DNA of 64,000 bases, from positions 124,001 through 188,000 of the forward strand of contig NEEC01000008.1 in assembly GCA_002189035.1 (NCBI GenBank). The letters are read 5' to 3'. Position numbers and translations under genes: made by a program. The DNA comes from Utricularia gibba (Eukaryota > Plantae > Magnoliophyta). The notes under the pieces were generated by a model. It worked only from the letters and a program-made list of their open reading frames with translations, had not been told where the DNA came from and did not search any database. Positions 14,049 to 26,254 of the stretch are shown piece after piece (the first letter of the stretch is position 1; the number at the start of each line of letters is the position of its first letter).

Positions 14049-14819
14049 TAAATACTGCTAAGTAAATAGCCGATAATGAAAAACTTGCAGAAAAAACTTT
14101 TTGTCTAAATAATCATTCCAAATGCCTGAATTGCATGTTTTGCAAGACACATGATTTCTTACTTTCATGCAACAACACAATGATTAATTCTTTTATTATT
14201 CGTAATTTTGTAATACTATGTCATGATACATTAAAATAATGAAAGATATTTTTTTTTCAATAAAATCTACTTTGTTTTAGTGATAGATAATTATACCATG
14301 ATTCTAGTCATTTGCTCATGTTTCTCATATAATGCATTGCATTTAAACAAATTCATGAAAAAATGAATAAAAATATTATAATAAGGAAAATTATATTTAT
14401 CTAAAAAAAATTTATTCTAAACTTCCAATTGAGCAATTCTAATAATATTTTAGTATAATACTATAATATAAAAATGATATGAAAAAATACAATTAACTTT
14501 TACCCACATTCGCAACTTGTCAGTATGAACATGGGTAATGCGTGGGGCGTGCGTGCATTATGAAAGATGAATTCCGAAGGTTAACCATAAATAATTAATC
14601 GCGTAAACAAAATAATAATATAGTTAAATATATTATAACGTATTATAATTTGTGTTAATATTCTAAATAAAAAAATTGTATTTAAAAAATAATATTATCA
14701 TATAGTCAAATAAAAATATACAATCATATTAAAAAGAAGAGTATTTGGCAAAGATGTCAATTATGCAACAGTTTCTTCGTGAGAAGACTAGTCACCGGTA
14801 GCATCCAATCGAGTGCGGT

Positions 14820-14900
14820 GCCAGGGTTAGGCCTGTTCCTGGGCCTGGGCCTAACCTTACAAAGTAGCAGTCAAGGCTTGTCAAGTGTGACGTAATCGGG
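14820..14900. promoter_or_regulatory. Candidate promoter: site II elements and a TGACGT motif
   Basis: Two TGGGCC motifs inside a GGTTAGGCC...GGCCTAACC inverted repeat, then TGACGT at about 14888, followed by non-TE, GC-richer sequence. Confidence 0.4.
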
Positions 14901-15612
14901 TCCCGGCACTGGATGCAAATTTGCTACTCCTCTCTCTGAGAGGTGGCAGTGGCCCTATCCAGGATCCAAAAATGCCAATGGGCTTCTTGGGTACACCAAG
15001 CAGCCTTCACGCTTCAGGGGCACCAGTGAGATGGCCATTCACTATTCAGTCGAATCCAGATGGCCATGATTTTACCGAACTTCAAATTCACTCCAATCTT
15101 CTCCATCATCTTCTCATGCCACCAGTCGCCCTCCTGATGTCGAAATTCAATCTTGCTCTTACTTGCGGGTGTTGGGCTGACATTTGCAGCTACCAAATAT
15201 TTGGCTTGCAGTTACCATTTTTGCATCTTATTCGTGGTTGGAAATTACTGTTTTTTCTCTTCATCTGTTGAATCCTCATGGTGCTCTGGGCAACGCAGAG
15301 GATGATATCGATGTTGATGCTTTGTGATGATGGTTACTTCTAAGCATGTATTGTGTGAGATCGGGTGTTGATCTTTGTGAAGCATTCTTGCATTTGCTGC
15401 AGAGTATGTTGAAGCGTTATCATCATCAAACCGTCGGGCAGAATCCAGGACCTTGGATTCTGTTGCCGCTGCTATGTATGAATGCGATATCTTCCAATTT
15501 TGTCGACCAAGCTCTCTGGTACCCGGAAGGAACTTGCATTTTGGAAGATAACTTTACGGATTTATGAGTATGAAAGATATCGATAGCTGACAATGGAAGT
15601 GTATCATGTGAA

Positions 15613-16120
15613 GAATCATTTTAAAAACTATCAACTATAAAAAAAATTCTTTAGAAAATTATATATCGTGTGTACTGTGTGTATTTAAATTTAAAAATTA
15701 TTTATCTTATTTTCTATATGTATATATACGCAATATAAATATAATAATTTATATTTTATTAATATAAAATATACATTTTCAAAAAAAATATAATCTACAT
15801 ATTTTCTATTATAATATTTACAGGAAATATTTTTATTTTATTAAACCTGACACAAAAATAATAATATATTATTTATTAAAAATATAAGTTTCAAAAACTT
15901 TTTATTAAATTGTCATGACAATCTAAATTTTTTCTAAAATAAATTTCTATAAAGGTTTTGAAAAACAATTATTCTAATTTTAAAGAATCAGAAATATATA
16001 TTCCTTGAAATTAATTCTAAAAATTTAAAAGTATTAATTCATTTTTCAAAAAAATTTATTATTAAACACTTTATTATTAAAGTTTCAAAATTTCATATTT
16101 CCAAATATTTCTAAATTCAA
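15613..16120 (+). repeat. Left long TIR of the MULE
   Basis: Matches the reverse complement of 25845-26254, apart from an indel of about 100 bp. Confidence 0.9.
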
Positions 16121-17253
16121 AATGTCTATAATAAAATGAACAATATAATTGTAAATTCTTATGAATTAAATATACAAAAACGAATTACTAATTTTTAATT
16201 ATTTAAATTATATTAATTGATTTAAATAAAAATTAGAAGTAAACACAATTTCATGTGTTACCCACATCCATGACAACTCACAACGTCATGGGTTATGTAA
16301 CCCACGTCCGTGTGTCCGACTTGTACCGAGCTCTAATTCTAGTATAGTCATTGCAATTAATCAATTGCGGTGACTATGTAAATAATATTTTCAAATGCTT
16401 AATTAGATGATTACGGTCACTATGTAAATAATATTTAAAAATTGGAAAATCAATGTGATTACATGATTGCAGTGATTATAAAAACAATATTTTAAAAAAC
16501 ATAATTCACTGCAATTGTTTAATTTCATAGATAATATTTTACATTTACTTTAAATATTGTTAAATTAAGAAAATAGTTGAATAAATATTTTTAAAGCATG
16601 ATAACTAAATTATTTAGTATTTTAATTTATAAATACTTTAAAAAATTATAAATTTACTTTAAAACATTATATTTATTATTTAATTCTTTAAACCATTTTA
16701 TTGAAATAATGAATATGTGATATATTTTCTTACATAAATCATTTGAACATTACATGTTATTTGCATCAAATCGTTTTTCGAATACCCATGTTTTTATTTT
16801 AAATTTATATCATATATCATTCAATCTCTATTTCTTATTTGAATCAATTGTCTATTATTTTCTTTTAAATTTTTATTATCTATTACTTAAGTCTAAAGTG
16901 TTGTTTGGATTGATTTACTATTTTTTTATTTTATATTTTTTGTACATCATCCACTATAGTATTATTTACATTGAGTGTATATTTTTATTTTAAATGTACA
17001 TTAAGTATCACCAAATCTCAAAATATTATTCTGAAGGTTTGCCTTTTTTGTTTATCTTAAAAAATCCAAGTATTTTTTTAAAAATAAATATATAGATAAG
17101 CATTGATGTCAACTATTTCAACTAAAACTTAATAAGTAAGTTTTTTTAAAAAAATACCTATTTTTTCTTCATCCAAAAACCTACGATTCTTTTGAAATTC
17201 TCAAAATACATTTTAAAATAACAAAGTCTTACATAAACAAATAGAAAAACATT

Positions 17254-19109
17254 TCAAAAGAGTTGACGATAATACGGAAATAAGGAATGACACTGATCTA
17301 TAGACATTTGTCCAAAAAAATGACTACGGTAGTAATCTTCAACATCTTGTGTCAACCGTAACCCCTGAAGATAATTACGTATTTCACCACCTTCACCAAG
17401 TGCATTATCTTCAAGTTTGCCATAAGTGTACGACTCCGGATGAATACAAGTATGCACTTGTAAATATGAGTTAAACTCATAATGTTATAATAGAAGGTAG
17501 ATTATAAAATTTAAAATGTAAAAAATGATATCTTACCGGATTTTTAATGCAATTGTAAGGTGAATCATCTATCAATAATGTGTTATTGATATTGTAAACC
17601 CCATTATATTCATACCAAACTTTTGCTAGCTCTTTTAAGACCAAATTCTTGAATGGCTTGGCTTATCAATAACCTTTACGTTGATTGAAGTAACATAAGA
17701 TGCATTCCACTGAAATATCCACTGATTTCGTCTACCAAATCCGAATATCCATTGAAGTATTATTGCCAATTGAGCCATGAAAAAATAATTAATAAAAATA
17801 ATATTAGTTTTTAAAATAATAATAGTCTAAACATTATATAATACCCTCCACGTGATGACCAAATTGCAACATCAAAGTATTCAAGGCACCAATCCATGAA
17901 TTATCTAGCAAAAGATCTCAAATACACTGCATATTCGAAAAAATAAGGAACTAATTTTGATAGCTAATTTAAAATAAAAAATCAAAGTTAACTAATGTAA
18001 TAAAAAAAATAATTGAATATCCATGAAATCAAATAATAAATAATTTTACCTTCTTGATGATATATTTTCATGTTCGGGACGCGAACATGACTATCTCTTG
18101 AAGTAGTTCTATATGATGGTAGGTCACAAAAGATCTCATTTCCGTTGAAAATAATCAATTTCCTTGCAATTGGGGAATCATTATAGATTACTTCAACTAG
18201 TACCACTGATTCATGAAATGATGATGTCTCTCCATGCTGTAAATTGACAATTTCTAGCTCTGGTTCTTCATCTTTAGTAACATCATCATCATCCCTTGGC
18301 ACATTACGTCTCACCGTACCACACCAAAATTTCTTTGTTCCAGGAACTTCAAGAAATCGGGGCTCAATGTCTTGAAATGAAACTGTCTTACCCTCAAATA
18401 AATTCAAATAATGATTTTTTTGCTCTACATCTAATAGAGTAATACCTACATACAATGAAAGAAATATAAGTACAAATGATAAATAAAAATAATTTAATAA
18501 AATTTAAATTAATTAAAAAAACATAAAATTACCTAGCAAAACGAGAAGGGTACAAAAAATAAAATTAATAATAAATTATCATACAACTCATAAAAAAATT
18601 CAAACTAAATTTAAATTCTAAAATCATTTATAGTAAAATTAAAAGATTTTTGATAGAAAATTGTTACCTTTTGGCTTGCCAACACCATCTCCCCTAACTA
18701 CCATTAGTGGAAAATCAAATCGATGATTATACGGTAGTGCAACCCATATGAAAGATGTTCTCCAATCATCATATCCGCCCCCTAAACCCTTAATCAACTT
18801 AATATAAGGTGTTCCTGGAAGTGTATAATCATTGGTTTCCAAGAAGGCTAAAACATACCCTATTGATTTTGGGGTCAATTGGGCTAGGGGAACATCAATA
18901 CAATGAAGGATTGATAAAATAAATGGCAAGATTGGTAAGTGTAATCCGCAACGAAAATGTTTGGTAGAAATAGCTATACCATTAGTACCGACCCGTTCCG
19001 GTAATGGATCGGTAATCTTCTCATCACCCATTTTGTCGAACATTTAAGATTCATCCGGAACACCAAACCGCACCTTGAGCTTGAGAGAGGTATCCATTCT
19101 AGGGGCCAT
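17254..19109 (-). pseudogene. MULE accessory gene: Transposase_28 (PF04195)-like N-terminus fused by splicing to an FCP1/NIF-like HAD phosphatase-homology domain
   Basis: Exons about 19109-18668, 18445-18050, 17926-17845, about 17775-17537 and 17457-17254; the first three join in phase. Motifs FRCGLHLPILPFILSILHCIDVPLAQLTPKS; RKLIIFNGNEIFCDL; VYLRSFAR*FMDWCLEYFDVAIWSSR; LVLKELAKVW..NTLLIDDSPY..KNP; HTCIHP..DNALGEGGEIRNYLQGL..FFGQ. Two stops, one 5-bp duplication and two degraded acceptors. Confidence 0.8.
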
Positions 19110-20377
19110 GAGTGAAACAAAGGAATGCTCAAAATAAGCTAAAGGTCACCGTAATGCTCTCATATATAGAGGTAAAGATTTTGAAAATTTATTGGATTTC
19201 GTGAAGTCAAGGTTGGAATGGTGTACATGTCAGTCAAAACTTAAAATTTAGATTCTCCATGAGCCCTGGAATGCTAAATCTGAAAAAGAATAAAAAAATT
19301 AGTAAAGGAAATTGCAGTGAAATTTCCTACGCATGAATTCTATGGGAAGGAGGGGAGGAAATTGTGTAGTGACTGTAATTGCTTAATTACAGTCACTAAC
19401 GATCCCCTAAAAAACCCTAAACCCCCAAAACCCTACGCAGATCAACCTAATTTTGTAATTATTCAATGAAATGATGAAATTTTACATGTAAAAAGTGCAG
19501 ATAATAAGTACTTACTCAAAATCAATCTAAAAACATGGAAAAACTAGTTTTCAAAAAAAAAATATCATTACAATTCAAATCTAAGATAATAAAATATCAC
19601 TTTTTAAAGGAAATATTGTAGTATGTGTTATTAAATGTAAAAAGAACCTCAAAAAACTAAATTTTTGAAAGTTTTTTTTAATGAGTACTACCTAAATATA
19701 ATTTATCATGTTTTCAATCATTGCATGCTTTTGATTTAGTTTTTACACCTTGTAATTAATTTTTTAACATAGTAATACTCACCGTAATTACATGCTCAAA
19801 TCACAATCTTGTCGTTTTGTATGATGCATTATTGATGCAAGATGGAGTACAGCTGTATTCCACATTTTAAAAAGAATCTATTTATTATTTTATTATGTTA
19901 AAAAATTATTCATTTCAAATGTATTTTTTATATATATTATTAAATATATAATAACAATTACTTAAATTGAAATGTATTCTTCTAAATATTACGGATATCC
20001 AAAAAAACAATTGGTTTAAAGTTTTTTGTAATAAATGTCACGTCAATATACTATGTTTGCAATTATCATATGTATTTAATTTAGCCTTTGCATCTTGTAA
20101 ATAATTTTTCACAGAATTACATTTAATTAAAACAATAAGACTTACTATAATTACATTACCAAATTACAATCTTGTCATTTTCTCTAATGAATAATTGACA
20201 TAATGTGGAGTACACATATTTACACCATATTTAAAGACTCAATATAATATTTTGTTAATTTATTCATATTATATTGTTGTGGGATCCTTAAAGCAATTAT
20301 GACACAACAGGTGTGTCTACAATTCACCGTTCTTCTTCTCCGCAAAGAAATTTGCAAGTTTTTGCTTTTCCAACGCC

Positions 20378-23300
20378 ATGGCTTCTGAGTTTGTTACATA
20401 TAGAGTATTTTTTGGAGACAATATACTCAACTACGGAAGTTACATTTCTTATGACAAACCACCAATATGAATCATGCAATTTCACATTGATGCTACATTG
20501 GATGATCTACAATATGAGTTATATGAGGTAATTCAAGTTTCAACCTCTCTATATGATATGCAGCTCTCAGTGTAGTATTACGACTCTGAAAGCAGCAAAA
20601 TGCGCTATATGCAACTATCATCCCAAATGGATTCTCTCTTTTTGAACAACCCTAGTCATACCACTATTCCGGTGGATTTATTTATCATACTTGATAGTCG
20701 TCGATTCACTGCAAGCTCTAGTGGAGTTTATATTCCAGAACATTCATCTCAACCGTTTGGTTATTATCAAATACCAGATCTGAATGAGGTGGTTAGTGAG
20801 CACAACTCCTATGATTTCTTACAAGAGAATGAAGACAATTATGTAGAATATGACTTCGGTCCAATCCCAAATATTGATGGTGATTCAATGATAAATTACA
20901 ATAATGATTATGAAGTTCCTGGTGCAGATATTCCACCTGAAGGAGATCATGAAAACTTAGATTTTGAGGCAGAAGATGAAGATCAAGAAGAAGATTTAGA
21001 GGATATAGAATGGGTATCAATGGCTACTTTGGTGGAAGAGGGAGACCCTTCAGATGAACCACTTTCACAAGCCTACGTTGATGTTTTCTCGAAGGGGCAA
21101 CGGTTTTCTACAAAACAAGATTTTCGTAGAGCAGTCCAAGACTTTTCAATACAAATTGGAAAAGAGTACACAGTCGTTGATAGTGAACCAGGGGTGCTTG
21201 CTATGATATGTAAACATCACAAAGAAACCAACTGCAAATAGAGAATCCGTGCCGCTTATCATAAAAGGATTGGAGAGTGGAAAATTACTAAGCACACTGA
21301 CCCTCACACGTGTAGACGGCTCGGAGTTGGTTTTTTCCGATACAAAAATGTTAATTCAGCATACATTGTGAAAATAGCGAAACCATTTGTGGAAGCAGGT
21401 ACAGGTACAAAGGTGGTGACAATAATTATTGTTGTTAAAACTGCTACTGGTAACAAAATCCCATATCATCGTGCATCGTATGAGCTACATAAGGCTTTCG
21501 AGCTCATTTATGGTACTTGGGAGGTATCTTTGCAAAAACTTCCAAGTTTTTTCAATGAGGTGGGTATACAAAATCCTAGAACAGTGATTGATTGGAAACA
21601 CAAAGGTGAGGGTGTTACTATGCACTATGTGTTTTGGTCATTTGGTCCATGTATCCGTGCATATCAGCATTCAAGACCGGTTATATCAGTTGATGCAACT
21701 CATCTATACAACACTTATAGACACAAGTTGCTAATCGCAATAACTCTATCACCTAGTGGCAAGCTTCTTCATTAGCTTTTTCCGTTGTTGATAAAGAGAC
21801 CAATGATTCTTGGTTATGGTTTTTGGATAAAGTAGGAACTCACATCGCCCTTGATAAACCCACATGCCTTATTTCAGATACGCATGAGTCAATAAAAAAT
21901 GCTGCGAAACAGATGCCTTCTTTCATGGAGAAATAAGTGGATGCCACCGTTATTGTTTTCGTCACCTTCGTTCTAATTTTTTCAATCATTATAATTCTGA
22001 GGATTTGAGAAGCCTATTTGTTAAAGCTGCTTTGATGGGATATAAAGAGAAATTCACTGCTTATATGAAGAGAATTGAAGAGAAGAATAGAAGTGCATTT
22101 GCATATTTGTCCAAGATGAAACCCAAAACATGGACAATATCGTTCGATGGATGTCGAAGGTTTGGCACCATGACGACCAATCAAGTTGAGGGGATGAATG
22201 CAATACTTCGTGGAGCTCGGCATTTTCCTATTACTGTACTTGCACAAGTATTTCATCTCAATCATTTATATTTATATTTTTTTTATAAGCATCAACTTAA
22301 TATGATTACAAATTTGCAGGCCACTTTTGCAAGATGTAAAAAATACATTTGCGAAGAACTGGAAGAAGCAATGAAAGCTCAATCAAACAATGAAACACTG
22401 GCCAAACAAGTGTGTAAGTTATTTGATCACTAGGATAAGCCTATCCCACATATGCGAGTGGAGGTTTACGATCACATAGAAATGATCGTCCATGTACAAA
22501 CCCGTAGACATCAAAGTAACCCAACAGACGACAATGTGTGTATCGTACGGTTGAAAAATGGCACTTGTAGTTGTGGAAAGTGGCAAAACTACAGAGTACC
22601 ATGCTCACATGCTCAACAGGTATTTATCGAAGAAAATATCTCCCTTTATTAATATCCTATGTAATATTCACGAATATATTTCTATGTTGCAGACTTGTAA
22701 ATTGTTGAATGTCGACCCGATAATGTGTGTTAATCCATCGCTTTCGGTTCAAAAACTCATCACTACATTTCGCTCACAATTTCGGCCACTTCAAGCCGAG
22801 ATTCATTGGGCGCCGGGGCCATTCACTCTGAAGCATGATCCAACACGTAGGAGAGCTGTTAGTAGAGGCCGGTACCGTAGTAAACAATTTCAAATGTCGA
22901 TGGATAGGGGTCGTGGGCACGACGCTCGAGGTAAATCAACGAGACATACTGATCAACCTGATGTTGAATCACCCCCAACTATGCATAGAGGTTCAGTGGA
23001 TGAGGACCGTGGACGAGGCAAGTTCACAAGGGATACCATGTGTTATGGGTGAAATCGGTATCCGGTGAGAGGTCGATTTTAGGTGATAGGCGCGGCGCGG
23101 TCGGGAATGCCACACTTAGTCACCTTCTTCACGGCTAGTACGATTAAAATAAGAGTGAACAGGGATTTTTTTACGTGGAAACTACCGGAGAGCGGAAAAA
23201 CCACGGAGTTGCCGGAGCTCGCCGAAAAAGAGTTTCACTAGGTGGAGGTCGCGAAAAAGGAGAATACAACTTGAAGAAATCTTTTTTGAGTCCAATCCCT

Positions 23301-23777
23301 TTCTTGTCATCATTCCGTCTATTTATAGGAGAGCTCACTCTGACCGAATTCTGGTGTCTACAAACATCAGTTGCTTTCTGCTCCTGCTATACGATCTCGC
23401 TTTTCAGATATCGGCCGCCTGTTATGCCGTAATTCGGCCGCTTTTCAGGCTGTGTCATATGGCCATACCTGTCAGATTTCTGACAGACATCGATCTGTCG
23501 CCTGACGTTATCCCCTCGGGATCTCTTTTGGTAGACTTTTAGGAACCGATTACCCTTGGCCAATTTTTCCCTTATCACCATGCCAACACATGAATCAACC
23601 TCATCTATGCCACCACGAATGCATAGAGCATCCGTCGACATTCCAAGAGAGGAACTATATGATCATTTCCATCATCCGCCGCGTGCCTCTGTTCAAGAAC
23701 GTCCATCCAGCCCTCATTTGGACTTTGAAAACATACCTTCCACTTCCAGCCAAGGTCACAAAGGAAAAAAAATTTAG
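20378..23777 (+). pseudogene. MuDR/MULE DDE transposase (mudrA-like) with SWIM zinc finger; disrupted
   Basis: MuDR domain (FSKGQRFSTKQDFRRAV..C..K*RIRA..W.I.KH..PHTC), D1 VISVDATHL, D2 LISD, CFRH, E in TTNQVEGMN, SWIM CSCGKWQNYRVPCSH. GT-AG introns 22248-22319 and 22620-22692. The C-terminal frame rejoins across the solo LTR at 23041-23577. Confidence 0.92.
23041..23577 (-). mobile_element. Solo LTR, about 540-bp family D, inserted in the MULE transposase
   Basis: TG...CA termini and perfect 5-bp TSD CCATG (23036-23040 / 23578-23582). TATA and GGTTTCCACGTAAAA LTR motifs on the minus strand. Confidence 0.9.
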
Positions 23778-24017
23778 CACGTAGAGCATGGGATCGAATT
23801 AGTAGTCCATTCAGGTAAAGAAAATATCTATTTATCCCTACTAAATGTATCTTATTTCAATTTATGTCTTTTTATCTAATTAATTAAATGGATTCAACGT
23901 TATTTATAGATAGTAAAATCCAATGCTAATATAACACTATCATAATTAACATAAAACATTTTAATTTATTTGATCATAATTTATCTATGATATTAAATGA
24001 AATCAAAATCATAATAT

Positions 24018-25154
24018 TGATGGTGATTCTGCAAGTGAACAGAAACCGTCGAAGTAATAAAATAAGATCGTATCCACAGGGAATTGTTATTGGAATTTTT
24101 TTTTCAAATAAAGACTCAAAAAGATCGAAAACAAAAGAAAGATTTGGTTTTAAAAACAAGAAGTAAAGTGGCATTGGACCTGGGATCCATCTTGCTCAAA
24201 ACTCGCCCAAACTTGTGTGTGTAAACCTTGAAAACTGACATGCTTGTGTAAGTTCTAGGGGTGTTATTCTAAAATAGTACTACTCGGTGACCGTTATAGC
24301 ACCGTCCCTCATTTAGTGGGATTATGCAATCAACCACGCCACCAAAGCCATTTCACCTCTTGTGATAACCCATGTTTTCCCTACACCCAAATCTAACTCC
24401 TACACCTCATACCTCGCAGACAGATTAGACAGAATGTGTCTTACCAATGATGTCCGATTGAGCCCTTCTCCTTAGGTGTTTGAGGCCAACTTTTGATTTT
24501 CCCACACTCCTTTAAGGTTATATGGTACTAAAGAGCACGTTGGTAAAGAAAACGTTGTGAAAAAACAGAATCAAACCTCAATTTAAATGTCGAAAAACAT
24601 AGTAAAACAGTCACACGCACATGACTTTTGCAAGCAAGGCTTCACTGCAGATCCTCAGCCGCAAGTACCTACACGCGCAAACTTGACTCTAACATGAAAA
24701 TAGACACAAAAATAGGAAAGATTCAAAGTAAAAGTTTCAAAGACGTTTCTAATGGTTGAGAGGGTGGGGTATTTATAGGAGAGTAGATCCAAGTCTTCAT
24801 ATTGAGTTTATTTGATGGGTTTGGATAAGATCTTCTATCCAAATCTTTGAAGATCTTCTTCATATCTCTATTTTATCCACGAATCTTGGACCAAATCTTC
24901 ATCGTTTGACCGAGTCTTGGGCTGGGATTTGTGGCCCATCAAGTCCATAATTTGGTGGATCTTGTTTCTTCTCAAATTGATCCAAAAGTACCCTAAAAAT
25001 CCACAAAATACTCTTTCTCTCCAAAAAGATCAAAGTAGTGTGAAAGATGCAAAATCAATTGAGAATAATGAGAAAGTGAGGTCTAAGATAAGTAAAAACA
25101 ACACTCAAGAGTAGTGGAAGAACATGTTTTGGAACGACACAAAATCACTTATCA
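24018..25154 (-). mobile_element. Athila-type solo LTR (family C), 1137 bp
   Basis: TGATGG...CTTATCA termini and perfect TSD AATAT (24013-24017 / 25155-25159). Athila-like end motif GATCGTATCCACAGGGA. Confidence 0.9.
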
Positions 25155-25844
25155 AATATTTTATAAATTATATACTTTTAGATATTATATTATTTCTCTT
25201 TAAATAAAATACACATAATTTGTCAATAGTTAATTTGATCATCAAAATTTATTTTCTAATTAAATATCGATCAAATTCAAGTTAATAAAATATATTGCCC
25301 ATTCATTATTTCAATAAAAAGGTTCAATCAAATAAATTTCAATAATAACATATTTTTACGAATTATAATTAATTTTTTTTATAGTTTATTAATGTACCTT
25401 ATAGTTTTTATAAATTAAAGTATTAAATAATTTATTTACACTATTTAATATTTATTCAAACATTTGTTTTAAGTTTAATGATATTTAAAATAAATCTAAA
25501 ATATTATCCATAGAATCAAATAATTATAGTGACTTATATTTATTAAATAACTATTTATATAGTCACTATAATCAAGTGATTTCAATAACTTACACATTTT
25601 AAAACATTATTTACATAATCACTGCAATGACGCGATTGCGGTGACTATATAAATAGTATTTGAAAATAGGTAGGTCACCACAATTACTTGATTGAGTTGA
25701 CTACACAATTATTTGAATTTTTTTTGTTTTATTTTGGTGACTTACTTTTTATTTAATAGTAGTGAGTAAATTGTCATGGGTCTTATAATGGAGACCATTT
25801 TTTTGAGGGGGTGGGGGGGGGGTCATTTTTGTTTAATTGGAGAT

Positions 25845-26254
25845 ATTTTTTTGAATCTAGAAATATTTGAAAATATAAAATTTTGAAACTTTAATAATAA
25901 AGTGTTTAATAATAAAATTTTTGAAAAATGAATTAATATTTTTAAATTTTTGTGTAATAATAACCAATTTTTTTTTATAATGAATATTTTTTAGTTAATA
26001 ATTTTGATATTATGGATACATGTTTCATAAAATAAAAATATTTCCTATAAATATTATAATAGGAAATATGTAGATTCTATTTTTTGAAAATAGATATTTT
26101 ACATTAATAAAATGTAAATTATTACATTTATATTACGTATATATACATATAAACAGTAAGATAGATAGTTTTCTAAATTTAGGTACACATAGTTCACACG
26201 GTGGTTAGTTTTCTAAAGAAGTTTTTTTATAGTGGGTAGTTTTTAAAATGACTC
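25845..26254 (-). repeat. Right long TIR of the MULE
   Basis: Reverse complement of 15613-16120, e.g. TTAAACACTTTATTATTAAAGTTTCAAAATTT is present in both. Confidence 0.9.

Larger units (their letters stand above)
15613..26254 (+). mobile_element. Complete Mutator-like (MULE) DNA transposon, 10.6 kb, with two divergent genes
   Basis: Ends GAATCATTTTAAAAACTA / TAGTTTTTAAAATGACTC. Inverted similarity runs for about 400-500 bp. TSD ATCATGTGAA (15603-15612) / ATCATGTTAA (26255-26264). Internal MuDR-type transposase. Confidence 0.93.

Noticed and set aside
14495-14510. snRNA USE-like ACCCACATTCG
   Set aside because: Imperfect match, no correctly spaced TATA and no snRNA downstream.
16255-16342. 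Helitron-like 3' end (hairpin then CTAG)
   Set aside because: Hairpin lies about 45 nt from CTAG rather than about 11, and no 5' TC end or Rep/Hel sequence is seen.
25805-25822. G-run with G-quadruplex potential at the inner edge of the right TIR
   Set aside because: Single homopolymer-like tract with no counterpart in the left TIR; no evidence of function.
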